A DNA stretch of 64,000 nt from Octopus vulgaris (GCA_951406725.2 OX597823.1:83576001-83640000); one strand, 5' to 3'. Counted from the stretch's first letter, positions 11,831 through 25,444 are shown. Notes: generated from the letters alone by a model not told the origin. A program made the numbers and translations.

Positions 11831-14800
11831 CAGTAGTTTTATTTTTATAGTGTGCTTTCACTTCACTACCGAGCGCAGCTCTGTGTGCCTTAGGTATGTG
11901 CTGTGATTTGTTGTGATGCTCTGATGGTTATTGTATGGAAAGTGTTCTGCGTAGGATGTGTGCAGTGCCTAGTAGTGCAATTTTCTGTATGTCATATGTG
12001 TTTGTAAGTCCTGGTGTTTTTGTTATGTATTTGTCTGGATATTTTTTATCATGCCTAATGCACCTACTATGATAGGAATTATTTCTGTTTTTAGATTCCA
12101 CATTCTGGTTACCTCTATTTCCAGGTCTTTGTATTTTGAAAGTTTCTCTATTTCTTTTAGAGACACGTTGTCATCTGCTGGTATTGATACATCAATTAGA
12201 AAGCATTTTTTTTCTTCATGATCTCTGATAACTATATCTGGTCTGTTAGCCTTAATTTCTCTATCTGTGTGTATCGGCATATCCCAGAGTATGGTTGCTT
12301 TCTCGTTTTCTGTGACCTTTTCTGGTGTGTGCCTATACCATCTTTTTTCTGTTGTTATTCCATAATGTTGGCATAGCTTCCAGTGTATGTAGGTCCTAAC
12401 TCTGTCATATCTGTGAATATATTCCTTCTTAGCCAGGACTGGGCAGCCAGAGATAATATGATTTATTGTTTCTTGTCCATCTCCACGTATTCTGCAGTTA
12501 CTTGTTATATTTCTTTTCATTACATGTTTTTAGTAATTTCTGGTGGGGAGGCTTTGGTATTGTGCTGCAATTAAATATTCCTCTGTCTCTGCTTTGAGTC
12601 CTGAGCTTCTCAACCATTGCTGGGATTTTTCTTTGTCTATTTCTTTTGCGTTTAGTTTAGTCCAGTATTTACCATGAAGGGGCTTTTCTTGCCATCGTTT
12701 TATCATGGTTCGTTGCTGTTCTAGTTTTAGTTTGGATTTCATTTGTTTTATAGCTTTTGTTGTCTCTTCTTGTTCTTGTTCTTCTTCTTCTTCTTCTTCT
12801 TCTTCTTCTTCTTCTTCTTCTTCTTCTTCTTCTTCTTCTTCTTCTTCATTATATTTATTAAGTGGTATGATTTCTTGTTTGTATTTGTCAGCTTCCTTAA
12901 ATACTGAGAACAGTTTTTGGTTTTGCTCGTGTTTTGCCGCTATTTGTATCAGTTTTCCTTCCTTCTGAAGTAGATATTTTTGCAGTCCTATGGTGGTTAT
13001 TTTATAGTAGTTTTCCATCTGTATAAGGCCTCTACCACCTTCTATACGTTGTATATATAGTCTTTCTATGTCAGATTTTGGGTGATGAATCCTAGATCCT
13101 GTCATTATTTTTCTTGTTTTCCTATCTATTTTGGTCAGTTCATTTAGTGTCCAGTTAAGGATATTGTAGCTGTACCTTATAACTGGGACAGCTAAAGTGT
13201 TAATACCTATTATCTTGTTTTTAACATTGAGCTCTGTTTTTAGTATTGATCTAACTCGTCTATAATATTCTTTTTTATTTTCTCTTTCATTTGTGTGTGC
13301 TGTGTCTTATCTAGTTCATGGATTCCTAAGCATTTGTAAGTTTGGCTTTGGTCTAGTTCTTTTATTTCATTGGTTTTATCTAGTGTGATGTTGCTTCTCT
13401 TAACTAGTTTTCCTCTTTTCAGGGTTACTTTGGCGCATTTTTCTAATCCAAATTTCATATCTATTTCTTTGGTAAATCCATGAACTGTCTTTAATAGTGT
13501 TTCCAGCTGTTTGTCATTTGCAGCGTATAGTTTTAGGTCATCCATATATAAAAGGTGGCTGATCGTTTTGCCGTAACATTTATATCCGCATCCAGTTCTA
13601 TTTAGCATATCAGATAGAGGTGACAGTGCCAAGCAGAAAAGGAGTGGAGAGAGCGTGTCTCCTTGGAATATTCCTCTTCAAATGGGGATGTCTTTGGTTT
13701 TCAAGAGTCCCTCTTTTGTTTGGAGCTGTAGCACTGTTTGCCATTTATTCATAGAGTGCCCTATGAATTTTATAATTGTTGGTGCTACTTTGTTAATGGC
13801 TAGTGTTTCGAGGATCCATGTATGGGGGATGCTATCAAATGCCTTTCTGTAGTCGATCCAGGCCATACTGAGGCCTTTCTTCTTTCTGTGGCTGTCTTCA
13901 GTTATGGCTTTATTAATCATTAGTTGATCTTTACAGCCATATGAGCCTTTGCGGCATCCTTTCTGCTCTTCTGGAAACAGGTTGTTTTCGTCCAGGTGCT
14001 TGTTCAACCTTTGCGATATCACTGCAGTAAATGCCTTGTACATTGTAGGGAGACAGGTTATTGGTCTGTAGTTTTCTGGTTTTGCTGTCTCATTTGATTT
14101 GGGAATTAAGATGGTTTTCCCCTTCGTGAGCCATTCAGGCATTGTCTCTGGCTCTGCTAGTATGTTGTTAAAGTTTTCAGCCAGCTTTTTGTGCTTTCCC
14201 GTTAGATATTTCAACCAGAAGTTGGGGATCTTGTCATGCCCAGGTGCCTTCCAGTTGCTTAGTCTTTGCAGTGCCTGGGTGACCTCTTCAGTTGTTATGG
14301 GGGTCCAAAGTTGCTCAGATGCTGAGTTTGTTGTTTTAATATTCCCTTTTTTTTGGTTGTTCGTTCGCCGACCATATTTCTCTCCAGAATTCTTCCACTC
14401 CTTCTGCCGTTGGTGCTGCAGTGATTTCTATTTTATTTTTGCCAAGTTCTTGGTAGAACGTTTTGGGGTTGGAGTTGAACTTTTTGTTTTGTTCAAAGAA
14501 GCGCTGGCGTTTCTCGTACCGGCGGATCCTTTGTGCTTTGGCAATGATATCTTGCTTCAGCTTTTCTTTTATTTCAGGTAAGTCTTTTTCTGTGATGTTA
14601 TATTTGCAGGGTATTTTTGTTTTCTTTTTGTTGCTCAGTAGCGTTGATTGTCTACTGATTTCATTAAGAATCGACAGATCTTTTCTCATTTTTTGTATTT
14701 TGTTTTGGATGCTATTTATCCACAGGGTTTGTTTGGGTGGTGGTACTCCTGTTTGGATGGGTTTGAGTGTGTATCCAGCTTCTTTTGTGGCTGCAGTGGC

Positions 14801-16001
14801 TGCTGCGTATACTAAGTCATTTAGCTCAGTGATATCGCTTTTTGTTTCAGTGGCTATTAGTTCCGTGACGGCTAGGTTTATGCTGTTTATATTTGGTGTT
14901 GTTGTTTCATCTATTTTGATTTTTGGGAGGTATGGTCGGTGGTCTATTTTGAGCTCTGTGGTTTTCAGCTCTTTGATTATTTTACTTTTTATATTATCAT
15001 AATCATTAGGCTCCCCTTCGTTGTTTCCAGGTTTTAGATTTGTGTCACTTTCTTTCTTATTTATATGTTTGTTTGCCGTGTTTTGGCTTGCTGTTTGTCG
15101 TGTATTATTATGCATCCTTACGGTCTGGGTTTGCTGTTTTTTGTTTACATCGTGTTTGTTGGGAATGTTATGTTTGTCTTCGTGTTTTACTGTTTCAGTG
15201 TTTATATTATTGGGCATTGTTGTGTGGCTTCTATCTACATTTTCCTGGTGTATTTTTTCTTTTAGATGTTCTATTTCTATTTCTGATATTTTTTTTGCGT
15301 TGAGAATGTATCTTCGTACGTTAGCTAGTTTATTAGGGTTCATTGCTGTATCCAAGTCTATATTTATGTTATTTTCCTTCCATATTTTATATGTATGTGT
15401 TGTTGTGTTTTCATTTTTTGGGTAGAGCACTGCTGTGAAGTATGCGTGTAGGATAGAAATGTATTCCTCACGTGTCCATTTATGTTTTTTTGGTTTTATT
15501 TGCGGGACATGAGGAACAACGTCCGGCCATTATTTTGACGGTCGTCATTTTCGTAGGGTACCGGTCCGTTCATTTCTGTTGTCACATTGTTTTGCACGTG
15601 TCGTTTTTCGTACATTTTGTGTTGTAAGTTTAAAGTACGTACTTCCCGATTGTTATTCTTGGGTTGAATAATATCGGTGGTATTTAATTTCTTCGTAGTT
15701 TTTTTTTTACATGGTGTTTGGGGTCGGGGATGATCTGGTGTTGATGGATCGTAATGTTTCACGCATGTTTACACGTGTTGTGTTAGAGGTGGAGATGATA
15801 TCGAGTTAAAATACATCATTTCGTTTCGAAAATAGTAATAAATTTCAATGAGTATTACTTACTCGGCTATAGTCCAATCCTTTGTTAGTAAATTTTTGGT
15901 TCCATACGATGTCTCTGTTTTCGATGTTTGTGAATAGATTTCGGAGCTCTGTTTTATCATTCTTACATCTTAAACGTCCCCCGGTGTTCCTCTCTTAAAC
16001 C
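11831..16001 (-). mobile_element. Apparently full-length R4/Dong-clade non-LTR retrotransposon (family A, ~4.2 kb) in (TTA)n
   Basis: flanked by (TTA)n at 11759-11830 and 16002-16069; ~100-nt 3'UTR ending aaaactactg(aat)n; single-ORF layout with C-terminal RLE. Confidence 0.93.
11928..15500 (-). pseudogene. Disrupted R4/Dong polyprotein: Myb-like N-terminus, RT, CCHC knuckle, restriction-like endonuclease
   Basis: KWTREE; PENYRPITCL; EEQKGC; WIDYRKAFDSIPH; YMDDLKL; CRI..ETINHIISGC; RPDIV..LIDVS; KLSKYKDL; split across ORFs by frameshifts and a stop. Confidence 0.93.
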
Positions 16002-16069
<68 letters not shown>

Positions 16070-16100
16070 GCTATTGTTATTGTTATTCTTATTATTATTA

Positions 16101-16315
16101 AAGCGGCGAGCTGGCACAATCATTAGCATATCGGACGAAATGTTTATTAGTGTTTCCTCTAGCTTTACCTTCTGGCTTCAAATTCCGGCGAGCTCGTCTT
16201 ACCTTTCATCCTTTCGGGTTTGATAAATTTAGTATCAGTCAAGTTCTGGGGTTGATGTGATCGTCTTATCCCCTCCTCTAAAATTTCAGCCATTGTGCCT
16301 AGAGTGGAAAAGATT
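16101..16315 (+). mobile_element. Family-M SINE, diverged
   Basis: gcggcgagctggcac..ttcaaattcc..cctttcatcctttcggg. Confidence 0.75.
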
Positions 16316-16822
16316 ATTATAACTATTATTATTTAGGGTATCGTTTGTGTTTTCTGGTATTTGAGTGTGATACGAAATAAATTTAGCTGTTATCTCTAGC
16401 AGATCGAATCATCACATAGTGGATGTCTTGTTGATTCAACTTTGTTCTTATCTATTATGAAACTAACATTCATAGCAACAGGGAAATAATTCACAGAAAA
16501 TTAAAGATTTATCTCAGCATAACTGCTGCTTTATTTGATCAAAATGGATTCTTATTTAATAAAGAGAATGCATTTGATTTTAAATTACAATATTTTAATG
16601 AAATTAGTGTCTTTATAAATCATAGCCCGGCTTTTTAATTAAGTGAATTTAAGTTAAAACTTTAAATCAAATTACTTTATGTTAAAGCTTCAATACCAGA
16701 CTATTTAATAGGGTTGTAACAAAGTCTGTACATTATGTATTATTAGATAAATGTATCATTAGATAACTATTATACGGAGTTAGCGTATTCACCTATAATT
16801 TTATCATTTTTCTACATTTGAA

Positions 16823-16990
16823 GGCGGCGAGCTGGCAGAATCGTTTGCACGTGAACAAATACTTAGCGGCATTTCGTCCGTCTTTAGTTTTGAGTTCAAA
16901 TTCCGCAGAGATCGACTTTGCCATACATAATGTCGGATTCAATAAAATAAGTACTATTTGTGCTCTGAGGCTGATGTAATCAACTTTCTC
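16823..16990 (+). mobile_element. Family-M SINE, diverged
   Basis: ggcggcgagctggcagaatcg..gagttcaaattccgc. Confidence 0.75.
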
Positions 16991-16999
16991 TTCGTTCAA

Positions 17000-17605
17000 C
17001 AATTTTCTAGTTATAGCTGATGATCTGAATGCTAAACTAGGACCCGATGAGACCAAGTTTACTTTCAACTCTAAAACTAATCGGAACGGGGAAATGCTCA
17101 AAGACATTTTAGAGGAATTTAATCTTTACACCTCCAACAATTATTTTATGAAACCAAAAGTACAACTTTGGACATTCGAGTATCCACTTGGTGATAGGGC
17201 ACAAATTGACTACCTCATTTTTCGAAAGAAGTGGCGCAATAGTGTCAAAAACTCGAGATCCTACTCTTCCTTTAGTTATGTTGGCTCTGACCACAGCATT
17301 GTATCAACTACCGTTAAGCTTAGTCTTCGTTCATCCAAAAAAAGCTAAGCCTCACCCGATGAAAACGATCGACTGGGAGGAAGTCTCGTTAACCCCGATA
17401 TGTCCAAGCAATTTACTATTGAGGTCTATAACAAATTTCAATATTTGTCTACTTCTGAAACAGATGCTGAGAACATTGAAGAAGTCTACAGCAGCCTCAT
17501 CAAATCAACAGAGGAAGTTGCATTGGCTACTCTTCCCAAAAAGAAGAGTAGGGGCCAGAGCAAACCTTCTAATTCTCCAAATGTCATCGAAGCCAGAAAC
17601 CATCT
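17000..17605 (+). pseudogene. RTE-clade LINE fragment (AP-like endonuclease C-terminal half)
   Basis: DLNAKLG; NRNGEML; WTF; AQIDYL; SDH motifs in ORFs 17094-17348 and 17400-17726. Confidence 0.85.
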
Positions 17606-17654
17606 AATTCTCTTTCAGCCAAGATTTGAAACCAATGTTATCATCTTTATTATG

Positions 17655-17860
17655 GTGGCGAACAAACAGAATCGTTTGCACACGAACAAAATACTTAGCA
17701 GTGTTTCGTTCGTCTTTACATTCTGAGTTCAAATTCTGTAGACGTCGACTTCGCTTTCATCCCTTAGGGGCCAATAAAATAAGTACCAGTTGAGTAACGG
17801 GGATCAATATAATCGACTAACCCTTCCCCTAAATTTCAGGCCTTAATATAAAGGATTATT
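17655..17860 (+). mobile_element. Family-M SINE, diverged
   Basis: gagttcaaattc..gtcgacttcgctttcatcc..aagtaccagtt. Confidence 0.7.
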
Positions 17861-18189
17861 TCTCTCCACGGAGATCAATGCATTGGTAGAATAAGTGGGG
17901 AGAAGGCTGATTATCTTAGTTCTGAAACTGTACGGCCCGGGTTAAAATCTCGACAAGGTCAACACTGATTTTGTCTTACAGGGGTCGAGAAGGAAAAAAG
18001 CAAAATCCCCCCCCCCAAACTTGATCGATGAAATCGACCATATACTTCTCATAAAAATTGTGATCTTATGACAATATTACGAATCATTATATTTCAATAC
18101 ATTACTAAAGATAAAGTAAATACTTCTTCGGGCTCATCAGGTCTGTTACCCTGTTTCCACGACGTATAAATGACCGAGATCACAATAAT

Positions 18190-21188
18190 TCCCTTAGGCC
18201 TATATAAACTATATAGGCCCCTGGGCCTAAATAGTGTATATAGTGACAAGGGCCTGTACAGTCCAATATACACTATAGGACACCCTTGTCCAATATACAC
18301 TATAGGACACCCTGGCACCGTGTTCATTATATAGGCCCCTGAGTCTATATATATTATAGAGGCCCATGGGCCTATATGCACTATATAGGCCCTGGGCTTA
18401 TATAGTGTATATAGGGACAAGGGCCCCTTATAGTCTATATAGGCATCCAGGGCCTGTATATACTATAGTCTCCCTGGGCCTATATACATTATATAGGCCT
18501 CTGGGCCTACATAGTGTATATAGGGACAAGTGCCTGTATAGGCACCTGGGCCTATATAGTGAATATAGGGAGAGTGTCTGTATAGTGTATATAGGGACAA
18601 GTGCCTGTATAGTGTAGACCCCCTAGTCCATTATACACTATAAGCCCCCTATGCGTGTATACATTAAATGGGTCCCTGAGACTATATACACTCTATAGGC
18701 CCATGGGTCTATATACACAATATAGGCCTCTCGGTGCCTGTATAGCCTATATAGGCCCACCATGGCCTATATTGACTGAGCCTATATAGCCTCTGAAAAA
18801 ATACTGGGCCTATATTGCAACTTCTGCACCTGTGTAGGATTTGGATGAAAAATTTCAAAATATTTTCAATTGATTTACTTGAAATCACTGAAAAACTTTT
18901 GAAAGGAATTTGATGAAAATTTTCAAAATTTTCCAAAGTGTTACATGAAATCTCTGAAAAGATTTTCAGAAGAGTTTGATGAAAATTTTGATAAAACTTT
19001 TCAGTGTTTCACGAAATATTTTTCAAATCTTTCATTGAATTCCTTCGGAAAGTTTTTCAAAATTTTCATCAAATTCCTTTGAAAAATTCTGCAAAATTTA
19101 CATCAAATTCTTTAAAAAATGTTTTCAGAATTTTGATCATTTGAAAGTTTTTCATAGTTTTCCTCAAATTCCTTTGAAAAGTATGTCAAAATTTTCACCA
19201 AAATCCTCTGAAAGTTTTCAAAATTTTTGTCAAAATCCTTTGAAAAGTTCTTCAAAATGTTCATCCAATCCATATAGAGACAGTGGGGCTGTATAGACTA
19301 TTTAGGTCCCCTGGTCCAATATAGTGTATATAGGCACCCTTGGCTTATATAAATTATCGGCCCACTAGGCGTATAACATTATATACGCCACATTGGTCTA
19401 TATACACTATATACACTATGGGGGCCTGTATAGTATATATACGCACCCTGCTCCAATAAAGTGCATATAGGCTCCCTGTGCCTATATACAATATAGGCCC
19501 CTTGTCCCTATGTACACTATATAGGCCAAGTGCCTGTAGTTTGTCAAATTTTTCTCCAAAATCCTCTAAAAGTTTTTCAAAATTTTCACCAAAATCCTCT
19601 AAAAGTTTTCCAAAATTTTCCTTAAATTCCTTTTAATATATAGGCACCCATGGACTATATACACTATAGGCCCCCTAGGTCTATACACATTATGTAGGCC
19701 TCGAGGCCTATATATACTATCTATGCCCCTAGGTCTGCATAGTGTATATAGGGACTGGGGCATGTATAGTCTATATATAATATAGGCCCCCTGTGCCTAT
19801 CTTCATTATATAGGCCCTTAAGCCTATATACACTATATAGGCCCCCGGGCCTATATAGTGCATATAGGGACAAAGGTCAGAATAGTCTAGACAACCTGGT
19901 GCAATACACACTATTGGCACCCTGGGCCTGTATTCATTATATACGCCCCTGGGTCTATATACACTATATAGTCCCATATGGCCAATATACACTCTATAGT
20001 CCCTGGGCTTATATAATGTATATAGGGACAGGGTCCCCTATAGGGACAGGGTCCTGTATAAGCATGCAGTGCCTGTATACAATATCTGGGCCTGTATATA
20101 CACTATACAGGATGACTGTATATCGTATACAGGCCCACCAGGGCCTATAATGACTGAGCCTATATAGCCTCTTAAAAAAACTGGGCCTGTATTGCAACTT
20201 CTGCACCTGTATAGGATTCGTATGAAAATTTTCAAAATATTTTTAATTGATTTCCTTCAAATTTCTGAAAAATCTTTCAAACAAATATGATGAAAGATTG
20301 CAAAATTATATACGCCCACGGGTCCTTTATAGGCTATTTAGCGCCCCCACACGGAATTTATATGCTATATAGGCTTAGGGTCCTATAAAATCTATATAGA
20401 CCCCAGCTCGGCCTATATAGTCTATATTGGCAACCATGTATATAAATAGTTATATAGTCTCCTAAGCAGACTGCAGGAACACCTGGGCCTATATTGCAAC
20501 TCTTGCAACTGTATAGGATTTTGATGAAAATTTTGAAAAACTTTCCAAAGGAATTTGATGAAAATTTTGAAAAACATTTCAATGGAATTTGATGAAAATT
20601 TTCAAAACTTTCCAAAGTGTTTCATGAAAATTTTGAAAAAAATTTCAGAAGAATTTGATGAAATTTTTTTCAAAATTTTCATTGAATTCCTTTGAAAATT
20701 TTCAACAAATTCCTTAAAAAAGTTTTTCAAAATTTTCATCAAATTCCTTTGAAAAGTTTTTCAAACTTTTCCTCAAATTCCTCTGAAAATTTTGTCAAAC
20801 TTTTCACCAAAATGCTCTAAAAGTTTTTTAAAATTTTCGTCACAGTCCTCGAAAAGTTTTTCAAAATTTTCATAAAAATCCTCAAAATGTTTTTCAAAAT
20901 TTTCATCAAATTCTTTGAAAAGTTCTTCAAAATTTTCATCAAATTCCTTTGAAAAGTTTGTCAAAATTTTCACCAAAATCCTCTAAAAGCTATTCAAAAT
21001 TTTCATCAAATCTATATGGGGACAGGGGGCTGGTATAGCCTATATAGGCCCTTGGTCCAATATAGTGTATATAGGCTCCCTGGGCCTATACACATGATAT
21101 AGGCTCCTCCCCTTGGCCTATATACACTATGTAGGCCCCTGTGCGTATATAGTGTATATATACACTATATACTATATAGGCCTCTGGG
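18190..21188. repeat. Composite satellite of alternating ~27-bp (gggcctatatacactatataggcccct) and ~33-bp (ttttcaaaattttcatcaaattcctttgaaaag) blocks with internal inversions
   Basis: both unit types recur in both orientations; conserved linker ctgggcct(a/g)tattgcaact at 18804, 20181 and 20483. Confidence 0.9.
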
Positions 21189-21191
21189 CAA

Positions 21192-22121
21192 CTAGCAGGA
21201 AAAGTACCCCGAACAACGTCCGGAACGCATAAACCAGGTCTTTTTTTATTGAAACTTTAAAATATAAATTTCAGAACAATTATTTCCTATTTGATGACAC
21301 CCACTATCGACAAAAAATGTGGTATTGTGATGGCAGCCCTGTTCTTGCGAACCTAATAGCGTGATATTTTGAATTCTCCATGTATGAAGTGTCACTGTAA
21401 AAATATGGACATCCATTTCACCATTATATAAGAGAGAATTGTAAAAGATATCTGGATGACTGCTTTATCATTTGGAATGAGATCATTGATAACCTTAAAT
21501 CAATACTAAATAGTATAAACCCGAACATTCAGTTTATAATGAAATATAGCAAAGAAAGACTAAATTTCTTAGATATTTTGGTAAAAAATTAACAACTAAA
21601 TTGTAACTGACATTTATCATAAACCAACAGACTCGAAGCAATATTTTCTGTTTAGCTCATGCAACCCGAAACACATCAAAAGAAATATTCACTTTAATTT
21701 AGCGAAAATGATTTGCGCAATAGTGTCTGATGAAAATACTCAGGATTTCCGTCTTCAAAACATCAGAACGACACTAACCGAGTAACACTATCCAACCTCA
21801 CTTATAGATGATGGAATTAAAGGTGTCAAGAAAATAGGTATTAAAACACTAAGGAAAACAAAACGGAACACCACACCTCATCTCAAAATACTACCGCATG
21901 TATCAACTCACCATCCTAGAAACAATGAGGCATATAATAATACTATTGTACAAAATCTACCAATGCTCACTAAGGATTCAAAAATGAACAACATTCTGAA
22001 AAGAAATTCATCAAACGTAAAAAGTAACCCAAATCGCTGAAAAGGTTACTGACAAATGCAAATCTATACACAATAACCACGAAACCAATGGTTAAAAAAT
22101 ATTGACGACCAAACTGTGGAG
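21192..22121 (+). pseudogene. Degraded Penelope-like element RT/thumb region
   Basis: frameshifted remnants NNYFLFDDTHYRQK, RYLDDCFIIW, INPNIQF, LNFLDILV, TDIYHKPTDSKQY, RPNCG. Confidence 0.88.
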
Positions 22122-22204
22122 CAAAAATTCTTCGCAGTGAAATTTATAGCATTATATAAAATGTAAAATATTTTGGAAGCAAAAATGATGCAACTACTAA
22201 AATG

Positions 22205-23082
22205 TAGATCGATCCCAGTACGCAACTGGTACTTAATTTATCGACCCCGACAGGCAAAGTCGACCTCGGCGCAATTTCAACTCAGAACATAAAGATAGAC
22301 GAAATACTTATTTCTTTACTACCCACAAGGGGCTAAACACAGAGAGGACACACAAGGACAAGCAAACGGATTAAGTCGATTACATCGACCCCAGTGCGTA
22401 ACTGGTACTTATTTAATCGACCCCGAAAGGATGAAAGGTAAAGTCGACCTCGGCAGAATTTGAATTCAGCACGAAATACCTATTTCATTATTTCCCACAA
22501 GGGGCTAAACACACAGGAGACAAACAAGGACAGACAGACGGATTAAGTCGATTATATCGACCCCGGTGCGTAACTGGTACTTAATTTATCAACCCCGAAA
22601 GGATGAAAGGCAAAGTCGACCTCGGCGGAAATTTGAACTCAGAACGTAACGGCAGACGAAATACTTATTTCTTTACTACACACAAGGGGTTAAACACAGA
22701 GGGGACAAACAAGGACAAACAAACGGATTAAGTCGATTATATCGACCCCAGTGCGTAACTGGTACTTAATTTATATACTCCGAAAGGATGAAAGGCAAAG
22801 TCGACCTCGGCGGAAATTTGAACTCAGAAAGTAAAGACAGACGAAATACCTATTTCTTTACTACGCACAAGGGGCTAAACACAGAGGGGACAAACAAGGA
22901 CAAACAAACGGATTAAGTCGATTACATCGACCCCAGTGCGTAACTGGTACTTAATTTATCGACCCCGAAAGGATGTAATGGCAAAGTCGATCTCGGCGGA
23001 ATTTGAACACAGAACGTAACGGCAGACGAAATACGGCTACGCATTTCGCCCGGCGTATTAACGGTTCTGCTAGCTCACCGCC
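22205..23082 (-). mobile_element. Head-to-tail array of five family-M SINE units
   Basis: ~170-185-bp units; junctions at ~22308, 22480, 22665 and 22850; only the rightmost unit has the A-box head. Confidence 0.92.
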
Positions 23083-23584
23083 TTGAATGCCAGCCACATT
23101 GACTGGAATGGTAGCAGCTCCTAGGCCTGTGATTAACACATAACATTTCACATTTTACTATCCAAGAACAAGGGATAGCTGCTAAAACCCTGATCAATAG
23201 GAGACTTAAGGGCGACTCTATGAACATAAGCAAACCACCATATAAATGAATAAAATACAAAACACACACACAAACAAAATACACACACAAACAAAATACA
23301 CACACAAATATACACACACATACACAGTAATGATGTACACACACACATGTATAGTGAAGTGATATGCACACTTAACGTGAGGCAAATTTCTCCACAAGGG
23401 CGCGTATATAATATCGACAAATTCAAATATCTATTAGCACCAAAGACCGTCTTGAATTAAAGAAAAGAGTCTTGTCACTTTATTAGTGGCTGATTTGAAT
23501 TCTGCGCAATGATAACATAAAAAAAACCTCATAACAAAAACACATACTCATACTCATTCATATACACACACAAAATCATATTCT

Positions 23585-23586
<2 letters not shown>

Positions 23587-23615
<29 letters not shown>

Positions 23616-23841
23616 CTGCTAGTATCCATGTGTCTACATACTTTCCTATTCACTTACCTACATACCAACCTACCCACCTACCTACCTACCTACCTACCTA
23701 CCTACCTACCTACCTACCTACCTACCTACATACCTACCTACCTACCTACCTACCTACCTACCTACCTACCTACCTACCTACCTACCTACCTACCTACCTA
23801 CCTACCTACCTACCTACCTACCTACCTACCTACCTACCTAC

Positions 23842-23914
<73 letters not shown>

Positions 23915-23945
23915 AATCTATCTATCTATCTATCTATCTATCTGT

Positions 23946-23979
<34 letters not shown>

Positions 23980-24098
23980 TGCGTATGTGCGTGTACGTAT
24001 ATACATACATATAATCAACTATAACGAAGCAGGAGTGTTAAGGATTTTATATATCTTTTTACTACGTATGTATATATGTATGTATACACACACATGTA

Positions 24099-24156
<58 letters not shown>

Positions 24157-24245
24157 CATATATATATAAAATAACGAAGGTGGATCGACTCATTATAAAA
24201 CCCAAAAGAAAAATTCAACTGTTACTAATAGTGATAGAGAGTGCA

Positions 24246-24339
<94 letters not shown>

Positions 24340-24689
24340 ATGTACGCATAGAAATATATATATATATGTATATATACCCATTAGAAATATATATATATAT
24401 ATGCACATACATACACACATATATGCATGTATGCGTAAGCTTATTACTGACTTCATCTCTTTATGGGTTAACGACCTGATGTCACATTCAGTCAGTTATT
24501 AACAGTGTACACGTGCTTAGGTGTATGGGCATGCAAATATCGCCTCAGAAGTGGTTGAACAAAGGACAGGCAATTTATCAACGTCGTGGAGAGATTTAAA
24601 GATCATTAGATGGAAACATGCACCCAAGCATGCGTGCATATATATACATACATACACACACATACATATATATACAAACATACATACAT

Positions 24690-24748
<59 letters not shown>

Positions 24749-24830
24749 CATATATATACAAATATATGTATGTATATATATGTGCATGTGTAAGTGTGTG
24801 TGTATAAGCAGTTTTGTATATAGACGTATA
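23587..24830. repeat. Compound microsatellite field (TA, CTAC, TATC, GT, CATA)
   Basis: direct reading; source of the [12 protein letters not shown] ORFs. Confidence 0.95.
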
Positions 24831-25033
24831 AATTGAAGATGCTTAACTCGAAAAATAGGTGTATATACATGCAGTGAGTTTCTTTAGATACTTAACTTTC
24901 CGTGTTCAAATCCTGTGGAAGTCATCTTGGCTTTCGTCCTCTAGGGGATCATAAAATAAATTAGCAATCAAATACTAGGGTCTTAATTGATGAACCAACT
25001 CCTACATATTATTTATGTCCCAAAATTTCAAAA

Positions 25034-25066
<33 letters not shown>

Positions 25067-25365
25067 GAGTGAGAGAGCAGTGCATGCAATCAAAGTGACA
25101 CTGGGGTAAATATACGAAGCCCAGTATATCCATCATGACTACCCATCTGATAAGGGTACACCAGGCACATGCATCACAACCATATGTGCGCGACATGTTG
25201 ATCTCATATCAAGATAAACAGCACATGACCTTGAAGATGGGGCCCAGTTTTTTCTGGTTGAGTAGCCCATCCCGATCAAAGGTCCCTGAATAAGGATTGT
25301 TTAAGGATGTTGAACGAACCACCCATGTTTCCAAAGGTGAATTATCCAAACCTGACGTTCCCCCA

Positions 25366-25366
<1 letters not shown>
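25067..25366 (-). mobile_element. Unclassified (TAA)n-flanked element, family X
   Basis: (TTA)n on both sides; second copy at 61510-61805 shares the terminus gagtgagagagcagtgcat. Confidence 0.7.
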
Positions 25367-25437
<71 letters not shown>

Positions 25438-25444
25438 GTTATTA

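Noticed and set aside
14099-15425. Plus-strand hydrophobic ORFs
   Set aside because: Antisense shadows of the A-rich Dong ORF.
20773-20976. EF-rich repeat protein ORF
   Set aside because: Translation of the 33-bp satellite unit; neighbouring units have stops and frameshifts.
22205-23082. Regular repeats resembling a CRISPR array or retrozyme multimer
   Set aside because: Units are whole SINE bodies with no unique spacers, no cas genes and no CUGANGA hammerhead core on either strand.
23628-24870. Many ORFs with YIYI, TYLP, MYVC or HTHT repeats here and elsewhere
   Set aside because: Translations of stop-free microsatellites.
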